From positions 1-29,237 of the forward strand of contig CAJANQ010000537.1 in NCBI GenBank assembly GCA_903941145.1: 29,237 bases of DNA, read 5' to 3'. A program made the translations under genes and the position numbers. The notes under the pieces were generated by a model. That model saw only the letters and a program-made list of their open reading frames with translations. It was not told the origin of the DNA and made no database searches. The stretch is from an uncultured Actinomycetes bacterium (GTDB lineage Bacteria; Actinomycetota; Acidimicrobiia; Acidimicrobiales; Microtrichaceae). Of the stretch, positions 8,491 through 15,843 are shown piece after piece. Position 1 is the stretch's first letter; the number at the start of each line of letters is the position of its first letter.

Positions 8491-9822
8491 TCAGGAGGCT
8501 GCGAGGGCCTCGACGGCCGCTGCGAGCCGTTCGGCGACCTGGGCCGCCTGGTCGTCGGTGGCCGCCTCGGCCATGACGCGCACGACGGGCTCGGTGCCCG
8601 ACGGACGCAGCAGCACCCGGCCGGAGTCGCCCAGTTCGGCCGACACTGCGGCGATCTCGGCAGCGAGTCGCTCGGCGACGTCGGGCATCGGCGTACCGAC
8701 CCGCACGTTGACGAGCACCTGCGGAAGGCGGGTCATGGCGCCGGCCGCGAGCTCGGCGAGCGGCCGGCCCGACCGGAGCAGCAGGTCCGACAGCACGACG
8801 GCGCTCAGGAGCCCGTCGCCGGTCGTGGCCAGGTCGCCGAAGATGATGTGGCCCGACTGCTCACCGCCCAGCGAGAACCCGCCCGCGGTGATGGCCTCGA
8901 GCACGTACCGGTCGCCCACGGCCGTGTCGACCACGGTGATCCCCTCGGCCGCCATGGCCTGGCGGAACCCGAGGTTGGTCATGACCGTGACGACGACCGT
9001 GTCGTGGGCCAGGCGGCCACGGCTGCGCAGGTCGAGCGCGCACAGGGCGATGATCTGGTCGCCGTCGACGACGGTGCCGGTGTGGTCCACCGCCACCAGC
9101 CGGTCGGCGTCGCCGTCGAACGCGATGCCCAGGTCGGCGCCGTGCGCCACCACCGCCGCAGCAAGCGGCTCGGGGTGCGTCGAGCCGCAGCCCTCGTTGA
9201 TGTTGCGGCCGTCAGGGTGGTCCGACAGGACCGTGACCTCGGCGCCGAGCGCACGCAGCACCTCGGGTCCGACCACGGAGTTCGAGCCGTTGGCGCAGTC
9301 GACGACCATCTTGAGGCCCTCGAGGCGACGGCCCTCCGTCGACGCCACGACGTGCGCCGCGTACTCGTCGAGGGCGGTGTGGTCGGCGTGGACGCCGCCG
9401 ACCGAGGACGGGCCCGGGTGCAGACCCGGCGAGAGCAGCTCCTCGATCTGCGCCTCCACCGCCGACTGCTCGGCGTCCGACAACTTGCGACCGCCAGGGC
9501 CGAACAGCTTGATGCCGTTGTCGGCGAAGGGGTTGTGCGATGCCGAGATCATGACGCCCGGCACTCCGCGTGCGGACGACGCCGCAGCCACGGCAGGGGT
9601 CGGGACGACCTCGAGCAGCACGGCCTCGGCACCCTCGGCGGTCACGCCGGCCGCGGTGGCGGCGGCGAGCATCTGGCCGGACTCACGGGTGTCGCGGCCG
9701 ATGACGACCTGCTGGGCCGGAAACACGCGGACCGTAGCACGGCCGATGGCGACCGCCACCTCGGCGGTGAGCGCCTCGTTGGCCGGACCACGCACACCGT
9801 CGGTGCCGAAACGGACGGACAT
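8491..9822 (-). CDS. glmM: Phosphoglucosamine mutase
   Basis: 443 aa with FGTDGVRG, ISASHNP (phosphoserine), FDGDADR (metal loop), GGEQSGH and LLRPSGTEP. Confidence 0.97.
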   Translation of the reverse strand: MSVRFGTDGVRGPANEALTAEVAVAIGRATVRVFPAQQVVIGRDTRESGQMLAAATAAGVTAEGAEAVLLEVVPTPAVAAASSARGVPGVMISASHNPFADNGIKLFGPGGRKLSDAEQSAVEAQIEELLSPGLHPGPSSVGGVHADHTALDEYAAHVVASTEGRRLEGLKMVVDCANGSNSVVGPEVLRALGAEVTVLSDHPDGRNINEGCGSTHPEPLAAAVVAHGADLGIAFDGDADRLVAVDHTGTVVDGDQIIALCALDLRSRGRLAHDTVVVTVMTNLGFRQAMAAEGITVVDTAVGDRYVLEAITAGGFSLGGEQSGHIIFGDLATTGDGLLSAVVLSDLLLRSGRPLAELAAGAMTRLPQVLVNVRVGTPMPDVAERLAAEIAAVSAELGDSGRVLLRPSGTEPVVRVMAEAATDDQAAQVAERLAAAVEALAAS

Positions 9823-9858
9823 TGCGCCCCCTGAGTCCTAGGTCTGAGTACTGGACGG

Positions 9859-9880
9859 ACCGGGGGCAGCACGCCCCGGC
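9859..9880 (-). terminator. GC-rich hairpin just after the rpsI stop (possible terminator without a U-tract)
   Basis: GCCGGGGC-GTGCT-GCCCCCGGT on the minus strand, 4 nt past the stop. Confidence 0.35.
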
Positions 9881-9884
9881 AACG

Positions 9885-10277
9885 TCAGCGCTTGGAGTAC
9901 TGCGGAGCCTTACGGGCCTTCTTGAGGCCGTACTTCTTGGACTCCTTCTCACGCGCATCGCGGGAGAGGAACCCGGCCTTCTTGAGCGAGGGCCGAAGCT
10001 CGGGGTCCAGGGCGATCAGGCCGCGGGCGATGCCCAGGCGCATGGCGCCAGCCTGGCCGCTCACGCCGCCGCCGTGGAGGGTGGCGTCGATGTCGTAGCC
10101 CTCGCCGGTCTCGGTGAGCCGCAGGGGCTCGGTGAGGATCATGCGATGGGTCGCGTTCGGGAAGTAGTCCTCGAGGGGCCGCTTGTTGATCGTGATGGCG
10201 CCAGAGCCTTCACGGATGCGGACTCGGGCGACGGCGCGCTTGCGGCGGCCAGTGCTTTGGACGAGCGGGAGAGGCAT
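9885..10277 (-). CDS. rpsI: 30S ribosomal protein S9
   Basis: [21 protein letters not shown] and the C-terminal [17 protein letters not shown]. Confidence 0.98.
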   Translation of the reverse strand: MPLPLVQSTGRRKRAVARVRIREGSGAITINKRPLEDYFPNATHRMILTEPLRLTETGEGYDIDATLHGGGVSGQAGAMRLGIARGLIALDPELRPSLKKAGFLSRDAREKESKKYGLKKARKAPQYSKR

Positions 10278-10289
10278 TCTCTAACTCCG

Positions 10290-10739
10290 TTACACGCGGG
10301 CTCGGGCCGCGTCGAGGTTCAGCGGCTTCGGGTTCTGGGCATCGTGCGGGTGCGTCGGGCCGGCGTAGACCTTGAGCTTCCGCAGCATCTGGTTGCCCAG
10401 ACGGTTCTTCGGCAGCATGCCCTTGACGGTGCGGCGCACCGCGTCGGCAGGCTTCTTGTCGAGCATCTCGGCGTAGGTCGCCGAGCGCAGACCACCCGGG
10501 TACCCGGTGTGGCGGTAGACCATCTTGGCGTCGGCCTTGCCGGAGCTCAGGACGACCTTGTCGGCGTTCACGATGATCACGTGGTCACCGGTGTCGAGGT
10601 GCGGCGTGAACGTCGGCTTGTGCTTGCCGCGCAGGACGCGGGCCACCTCGGTCGCCATACGGCCAAGGGTCAGGCCCTCGGCGTCGACGACGTACCAGTC
10701 ACGTTCGATCTCGTTCGCGCTCGGGGTGTAGGTGCGCAC
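10290..10739 (-). CDS. rplM: 50S ribosomal protein L13
   Basis: Start trimmed to GTG 10739 (MRTYTP...). Motifs WYVVDA, LRGKHKPTFTPHLDTGD, MLPKNRLG and KLKVYAGP. Confidence 0.97.
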   Translation of the reverse strand: MRTYTPSANEIERDWYVVDAEGLTLGRMATEVARVLRGKHKPTFTPHLDTGDHVIIVNADKVVLSSGKADAKMVYRHTGYPGGLRSATYAEMLDKKPADAVRRTVKGMLPKNRLGNQMLRKLKVYAGPTHPHDAQNPKPLNLDAARARV

Positions 10740-10804
10740 AGCAATCACTCTCTTCGGGTTCAGCAACGACTTGAGGGCAACATCTGCCACTCGGCCGAAG
10801 GCTG

Positions 10805-10834
10805 AGGCTACCGAGGTCCTGCACGGGGCAGCAA
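10805..10834 (-). promoter_or_regulatory. Putative housekeeping-sigma promoter for rplM-rpsI
   Basis: TTGCTG-18 nt-TAGCCT on the minus strand, between the truA stop and rplM. Confidence 0.6.
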
Positions 10835-10844
10835 GCCGAGCGGT

Positions 10845-11765
10845 TCAGCCGTAGCCGACGGCCCACAGGCACAGGCCGTTCGGCGGGGCCACCTGGCCCG
10901 CCACATCACGGTTCTTGGCCGCCAGGATCCGGGCGACGTCCTGGGGCTGCAGCCGACCACGGCCCACGTCGACCATCGTCCCAGTGACGCTGCGCACCAT
11001 CTGGTGGCAGAACGCCGAGGCCGAGATGGCGAGCCGTACGACGTCGCCGTCGGCCACCGGGGCGGAGTCCCAGCCACCGCCGCGGTCCGCCCGCTCCCAC
11101 CGCACCTCGGTCACGCGACGCACCAGCGGCTCACCGCGGCGGTCCTTGGGCTGCCGGCAGAACGACGAGAAGTCGTGCGCTCCCACGAGCAGGTCGCCGG
11201 CGGCCTGCATCGCACCCAGGTCCAGTGCGTCGGGCACCCACCAGGCCGTCGCAGACAGGAAGGGGTCGTGCACCGGGGAGTTCAGGATCCGGTAGCGGTA
11301 CGACCGCCACGTCGCGTCGAACCGGGCGTGGAACCCCTCCGGCGCGACCTCGAGCGAGGTCACCGCGACCTCGGGGCCGACCATGCCGTTCAGAGAGTTG
11401 CGCAGACGTACCGCGTCGACCTCGGTGCCGGCCGGCACCTGGAGGCCCACGACCTGCCCCACGGCGTGCACGCCGGCGTCGGTGCGTCCCGCGACCGTGA
11501 GCGTGACCGGCACGCCGAGCACACGACTGGCTGCCGCAACCAGGTCACCGGCGACGGTGCGGACGCCCTCGTTCTGCGCGAACCCGCGGAAGCTGGTCCC
11601 GTCGTACGCCACGGTCCCGCGCAGCACGGTCGCGCCGGACGCGACAGCGCCGCCCTCGGTGCTCGCTGGGTCGGGCGGCACCACCGGGGTGGCTGCAGGT
11701 CGTCCGGACGCGACAGCGCCGCCCTCGGGAGAGAGCGGCGCAGTGTCACCGGTCGTGCCGGTCAT
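10845..11765 (-). CDS. truA: tRNA pseudouridine(38-40) synthase TruA (start uncertain, possibly a downstream GTG near 11627)
   Basis: VAYDGTSFRGF, AGRTDAGVHAVGQ (catalytic Asp), FHARF, GAHDFSSF, FCHQMVRS and APPNGLCL. Usual position after rplQ. Confidence 0.93.
   Translation of the reverse strand: MTGTTGDTAPLSPEGGAVASGRPAATPVVPPDPASTEGGAVASGATVLRGTVAYDGTSFRGFAQNEGVRTVAGDLVAAASRVLGVPVTLTVAGRTDAGVHAVGQVVGLQVPAGTEVDAVRLRNSLNGMVGPEVAVTSLEVAPEGFHARFDATWRSYRYRILNSPVHDPFLSATAWWVPDALDLGAMQAAGDLLVGAHDFSSFCRQPKDRRGEPLVRRVTEVRWERADRGGGWDSAPVADGDVVRLAISASAFCHQMVRSVTGTMVDVGRGRLQPQDVARILAAKNRDVAGQVAPPNGLCLWAVGYG
11635..11728. repeat. Two identical 25-nt direct repeats (11635-11659 and 11704-11728)
   Basis: CCGGACGCGACAGCGCCGCCCTCGG occurs twice with a 69-nt period. 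It encodes EGGAVASG twice in the truA frame. Confidence 0.9.
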
Positions 11766-11782
11766 GAAGTTCTCGGGTCCGG

Positions 11783-12139
11783 TCAGACCAGCTCGAGCTT
11801 GGCCATCGGGGCCTTGTCGCCCTGACGGGGACCGAGCTTGAGGATCCGGGTGTAGCCACCCGGGCGGTCTGCGTAACGGGGGCCGACCTGGTCCATCAGC
11901 ATCGCCGTGATCTCTTCGTCACCGAGGTACGAGAGGATCTGGCGGTGGTTGTGGAGGCCGCCCTTCTTGGCCTTGGTGATCAGCTTCTCGGCGATCGGCC
12001 GAACGGCCTTGGCCTTGGCCTCGGTCGTCACGATGCCCGTGGGCGAGGCGACGAGCGAGCAGACCAGGTTGGCCATCATGAGTCGCTGGTGCTTGGCGTT
12101 CCCGCCGAAACGGCGGCCGCGCTTAGGGGTTGCTGGCAT
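11783..12139 (-). CDS. rplQ: 50S ribosomal protein L17
   Basis: KHQRLMMANL, TTEAKAK, RPGGYTRILKLGPRQGDKAPMA. Confidence 0.97.
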   Translation of the reverse strand: MPATPKRGRRFGGNAKHQRLMMANLVCSLVASPTGIVTTEAKAKAVRPIAEKLITKAKKGGLHNHRQILSYLGDEEITAMLMDQVGPRYADRPGGYTRILKLGPRQGDKAPMAKLELV

Positions 12140-12159
12140 GGTGCTCTCCGGTCAGTGGC

Positions 12160-13101
12160 TCAGTTGGCCCCACGGAGCGACAGCCCCATGGAGTCGAGCT
12201 TCTCGAGGACCTCGTCGAGCGACTTCTGGCCGAAGTTGGTGATGGCCAGGAGATCGTCCTCCGACTTCTGGAGGAGCTCGCCAAGGGTGTTGATCTGGGC
12301 ACGCTTGAGGCAGTTGCGCGGGCGCTCGGAGAGGTCGAGGTCCTCGATGCGCTTGCTGTACTCCTCAGAGGCGGCGGGGCTGTCGGCGGCGACGGCGTCA
12401 CCGAGGACGAGGCCCTGGGGCTCGTCCTCGAGCGAGGCGACGAGGCCCACCAGGTTCTGCAAGGTCTCGCCGGCCGAGGCGAGGGCCTCGCGCGGGGTCA
12501 GCGAGCCGTCGGTCTCGACGTCGAGGACCAGGCGGTCGTACTCGGTCGACTGCTCGACACGGGTCGGCTCCACCGAGAAGGTGACCCGACGCACGGGCGA
12601 GTAGATGGCGTCGATCGGGATCTCGCCGATGACCGCAGCCTCGCGGCCCTCGGTCGAGCGGTAGCCAGTGCCGCGGTCGACGGTCAGGTCGATCGCGATG
12701 CGGCCCTTGTTGTTGACCGACGCGATGTGCTGCTCGGGGTTCAGGATCTCGACGTCGGCCGGGAGCTCGATGTCGGCGGCGGTGACCTCGGCGGGGCCAC
12801 GCACGTCAAGACGCACGACGACGGCCTCCTCGGAGGTCGAGGTGACGACGACGTCCTTCAGGTTGAGGATGATGTCGGTGACGTCCTCGGTCACGCCCTC
12901 GATGGTGTCGAACTCGTGCAGGGCAGAGTCGAACTTGACCTTCGCGATGGCGGCGCCGGGGATCGACGACAGGAGCGTGCGGCGGAGCGAGTTGCCGAGC
13001 GTGTGGCCGAAGCCGGGCTCGAGCGGGCCGACGGCGAACTTCTGACGGTTGCCGTCGGCGTCGTCGATGGCCTCCACGGTGGGGCGCTGGATGACGAGCA
13101 T
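12160..13101 (-). CDS. rpoA: RNA polymerase alpha subunit
   Basis: EPLEPG-like GPLEPGFGHTLGNSLRRTLLSSIPG, HEFDTIEGVTEDV, IDAIYSPVRRV and an alphaCTD with RNCLKRAQI. Confidence 0.98.
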   Translation of the reverse strand: MLVIQRPTVEAIDDADGNRQKFAVGPLEPGFGHTLGNSLRRTLLSSIPGAAIAKVKFDSALHEFDTIEGVTEDVTDIILNLKDVVVTSTSEEAVVVRLDVRGPAEVTAADIELPADVEILNPEQHIASVNNKGRIAIDLTVDRGTGYRSTEGREAAVIGEIPIDAIYSPVRRVTFSVEPTRVEQSTEYDRLVLDVETDGSLTPREALASAGETLQNLVGLVASLEDEPQGLVLGDAVAADSPAASEEYSKRIEDLDLSERPRNCLKRAQINTLGELLQKSEDDLLAITNFGQKSLDEVLEKLDSMGLSLRGAN

Positions 13102-13184
13102 CTTGTGAGTACCTCGATACTGGATGGGGACGGGACTGATCTCTGCCGGTTGCAGCGCTGGCGGGCCAGGCGCTGCGGGCCCGA

Positions 13185-13802
13185 CTACTTGGAGTAGAGC
13201 TCGACGATGAGCTGCTCACGGACGGGCACGTCGATGTGCTCGCGGAGCGGCAGTTCGCGGACGGTGACCTCCAGGCCGCCGTCGGCCGTGTCGAGCCACG
13301 GCGGGGCGCTGCGGCCGAGCGTGTCCATGTTCCACCGGACGATCTCCATCTGGCGCGACTTGTCGCGGAGACGGATGACGTCGCCCTTGCGGACACGGAA
13401 CGACGGGATGTTCACACGCTTGCCGTTGACCTCGATGTGGCCGTGCGAGGTGAACTGGCGGGCCTGCGGGCGGGTCGAGGCCCAGCCGGCGCGGTAGACG
13501 ACGTTGTCGAGCCGCTGCTCGCAGAAGCGCAGCAGGTTCTCACCCGTCACGCCCTGACGGCGGCTGGCCTCGGCGTAGAGGTTGCGGAACTGGCGCTCCG
13601 TCATGCCGTAGGCGAAGCGGGCCTTCTGCTTCTCCTGGAGCTGGAGCAGGTACTCGCTCACGTTGCCGCGGCGACGGGTGCGACCGTGCATGCCGGGCGG
13701 GTAGGGGCGGTTCTCCATCGCCTTGTTCTCGCCCATCGTGCCCCAGATGTTGGAGCCGAGACGGCGGGAGACGCGGGCCTTAGGACCGGTGTAGCGCGAC
13801 AT
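13185..13802 (-). CDS. rpsD: 30S ribosomal protein S4
   Basis: MSRYTGP, YPPGMHG, LQEKQK, RLDNVVYRAG, ARQFTSHGH and the terminal IVELYSK. Confidence 0.98.
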   Translation of the reverse strand: MSRYTGPKARVSRRLGSNIWGTMGENKAMENRPYPPGMHGRTRRRGNVSEYLLQLQEKQKARFAYGMTERQFRNLYAEASRRQGVTGENLLRFCEQRLDNVVYRAGWASTRPQARQFTSHGHIEVNGKRVNIPSFRVRKGDVIRLRDKSRQMEIVRWNMDTLGRSAPPWLDTADGGLEVTVRELPLREHIDVPVREQLIVELYSK

Positions 13803-13805
13803 GGA

Positions 13806-14204
13806 TCAGAGCCTCCGACGCTTGGGGGGACGGCAGCCGTTGTGCGGCACGGGGGTCACGTCCTTGATACCGGTGACCTCGATGCCCACGTTCTGGATGG
13901 ACCGGATGGCGGTCTCGCGGCCCGAGCCCGGGCCCTTCACCACGACGTCGACCTTGCGGACGCCGTGCTCCATCGCCCGACGAGCGGCCTGCTCCGCAGC
14001 GAGCTGCGCTGCGAACGGGGTCGACTTCCGGGAGCCCTTGAAGCCCACGTTGCCGGCCGAGGCCCAGGACAGGACGTTGCCGTCCTGGTCGGTGATGGAG
14101 ATGATCGTGTTGTTGAAGGAGCTCTTGATGTGCGCCACCCCGTAGGTGACGTTCTTCTTTTCCTTCTTGCGGGGACGACGTCCCCCAGCGGGAGGCTTGG
14201 CCAT
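13806..14204 (-). CDS. rpsK: 30S ribosomal protein S11
   Basis: [32 protein letters not shown] and [12 protein letters not shown]. Confidence 0.98.
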   Translation of the reverse strand: MAKPPAGGRRPRKKEKKNVTYGVAHIKSSFNNTIISITDQDGNVLSWASAGNVGFKGSRKSTPFAAQLAAEQAARRAMEHGVRKVDVVVKGPGSGRETAIRSIQNVGIEVTGIKDVTPVPHNGCRPPKRRRL

Positions 14205-14581
14205 TACTTACGGACCTTCTTCTTGCCGGCGACGGTCTTCTTGGGACCCTTGCGGGTACGGGCGTTGGTGTGGGTGCGCTGGCCGCGGACCGGAAGGCCA
14301 CGACGGTGACGGAGGCCCTGGTAGCAGCCGATCTCCATCTTGCGCTTGATGTTCTGGTTGACCTCACGGCGGAGGTCACCCTCGACCTCGACGTGCTCCT
14401 CGATGTAACCGCGGAGCTTGGTCACCTCGGCATCAGTGAGGTCTCGGACACGGGTCGACTCGTCGATCCCGGTGCCGGCACAGATCTCGGACGCGGTGGT
14501 CCGGCCAATGCCGTAGATGTAGGTGAGCGAAATGACAAGCCGCTTCTCTCGCGGGATGTCGACGCCGGCAATTCGAGCCAT
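14204..14581 (-). CDS. rpsM: 30S ribosomal protein S13
   Basis: [43 protein letters not shown]. Confidence 0.98.
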   Translation of the reverse strand: MARIAGVDIPREKRLVISLTYIYGIGRTTASEICAGTGIDESTRVRDLTDAEVTKLRGYIEEHVEVEGDLRREVNQNIKRKMEIGCYQGLRHRRGLPVRGQRTHTNARTRKGPKKTVAGKKKVRK

Positions 14582-14591
14582 GGTTCCTTCC

Positions 14592-14705
14592 TCAGCCCTG
14601 ACGCTGCTTATGGCGCGGGTTCTCGCAGATCACCATCACGCGCCCATGGCGGCGGATGACCCGACACTTCTCACACATCTTCTTAACGCTCGGTCGAACT
14701 TTCAT
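14592..14705 (-). CDS. rpmJ: 50S ribosomal protein L36 (Zn-binding C+ type)
   Basis: Manual translation: [37 protein letters not shown] (37 aa, below the ORF-track cutoff). Confidence 0.98.
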   Translation of the reverse strand: MKVRPSVKKMCEKCRVIRRHGRVMVICENPRHKQRQG

Positions 14706-14733
14706 CGAACTCTCCGACTCACCAGCTGGTGGG

Positions 14734-14958
14734 TCACTTGTAGCGGTAGGTAATCCGACCTCGGGAGAGGTCGTACGGGGTGAGCTCCACCTGCACCTTG
14801 TCCCCCGGCAGGATGCGGATGTAGTGCATCCGCATCTTTCCGGAGATGTGCGCCAGGACCTTGTGCCCGTTCTCGAGTTCGACCCGGAACATGGCGTTGG
14901 GCAACGGTTCGACGACCGTTCCCTCTAGGACGATGGCGTCTTCCTTGGGCTTTGGCAG
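14734..14958 (-). CDS. infA: Translation initiation factor IF-1, probable CTG start
   Basis: (M)[54 protein letters not shown]...RGRITYRYK, 74 aa. AGGAGG lies 7 nt before the CTG at 14958. Confidence 0.93.
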   Translation of the reverse strand: MPKPKEDAIVLEGTVVEPLPNAMFRVELENGHKVLAHISGKMRMHYIRILPGDKVQVELTPYDLSRGRITYRYK

Positions 14959-15038
14959 AGCAGGTCCTCCTGTGAGGCCCTCGAGGGGGTAGCAGTTCCG
15001 TTGCGCCCAGGGAGACCCCCTGTGCGCGCCGGAGGACA

Positions 15039-15068
15039 AAGATAGAGGAAAGGGCCCGTCCGAATCAA
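15039..15068 (-). promoter_or_regulatory. Putative promoter for infA and the alpha cluster
   Basis: TTGATT-18 nt-TATCTT on the minus strand in the adk-infA gap. Confidence 0.5.
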
Positions 15069-15111
15069 AGGCGGGTCCGCCACCCCTCTCCGCCGGTGCG
15101 GTAAAGGGGCT

Positions 15112-15129
15112 CCCGGCAGGGCTGCCGGG
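15112..15129 (-). terminator. Hairpin after adk (possible terminator)
   Basis: CCCGGCA-GCCC-TGCCGGG starting 11 nt past the adk stop, followed by a second weaker stem (CCCCTTT..AGAGGGG). Confidence 0.4.
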
Positions 15130-15140
15130 CCGGCACCAGG

Positions 15141-15797
15141 TCATCCCAGACGCGGGTCCACGGCTGCCGCAATGCGGCGAGAGATCTCGTCGGGGTCACC
15201 GACTCCGTCGACGGTGACGAGCATGTCGCGCTCGGCGAACCACGCCAGCAGCGGCGCAGTCTGCTCGTTGTAGGCGGCCAGGCGTTTGCGCACCGACTCC
15301 TCGGTGTCGTCCGCGCGCTGCACGACGTCGCCGCCACACTTGTCGCACTTCCAGCCGTCGGCGGGCGGGGCCGCCACCGAGTAGATCGTGCCGCAGCTGG
15401 CGCAGACGCGTCGTCCGGAGATGCGTCCCACGACGACCTCTTCGGACACGTCGAGGTCGACCGCCAGGTCCGCACCCTTGTCGCCGAGCAGCTCGGTCAG
15501 GCCGTCGGCCTGGCCGGGGGTCCGAGGAAAGCCGTCGAGCAGCCACCCGCCGACGGCGTCGGGTCGGCCGAGCCGCTCCTCGATCACACCCAGCATGATG
15601 TCGTCGGGCAGCAGCTGGCCGGCGTCCATGAACTCCTTGGCCCGGAGACCGAACTCGGTCCCCTCGGCCGCCGCAGCGCGGAGCATGTCCCCCGTGGAGA
15701 TGTGCGGCACGCCGTACCGCTCGGCAAGGCGCACGCACTGCGTACCCTTGCCAGCGCCCTGTCGGCCGAAGACGATGAGTCGAACCCCGTCAGTCAT
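15141..15797 (-). CDS. adk: Adenylate kinase (long LID with four Cys)
   Basis: Start trimmed to ATG 15797. [34 protein letters not shown] and QRADD. Confidence 0.96.
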   Translation of the reverse strand: MTDGVRLIVFGRQGAGKGTQCVRLAERYGVPHISTGDMLRAAAAEGTEFGLRAKEFMDAGQLLPDDIMLGVIEERLGRPDAVGGWLLDGFPRTPGQADGLTELLGDKGADLAVDLDVSEEVVVGRISGRRVCASCGTIYSVAAPPADGWKCDKCGGDVVQRADDTEESVRKRLAAYNEQTAPLLAWFAERDMLVTVDGVGDPDEISRRIAAAVDPRLG

Positions 15798-15843
15798 GGC
15801 AGCAGTCAAGTCATCTCGCAGCATCGACGCAAACAGCGCCGGG

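Noticed and set aside
11635-11728. CRISPR mini-array
   Set aside because: Only two repeats with one 44-nt spacer, in frame with truA, and no cas genes or leader in the window.
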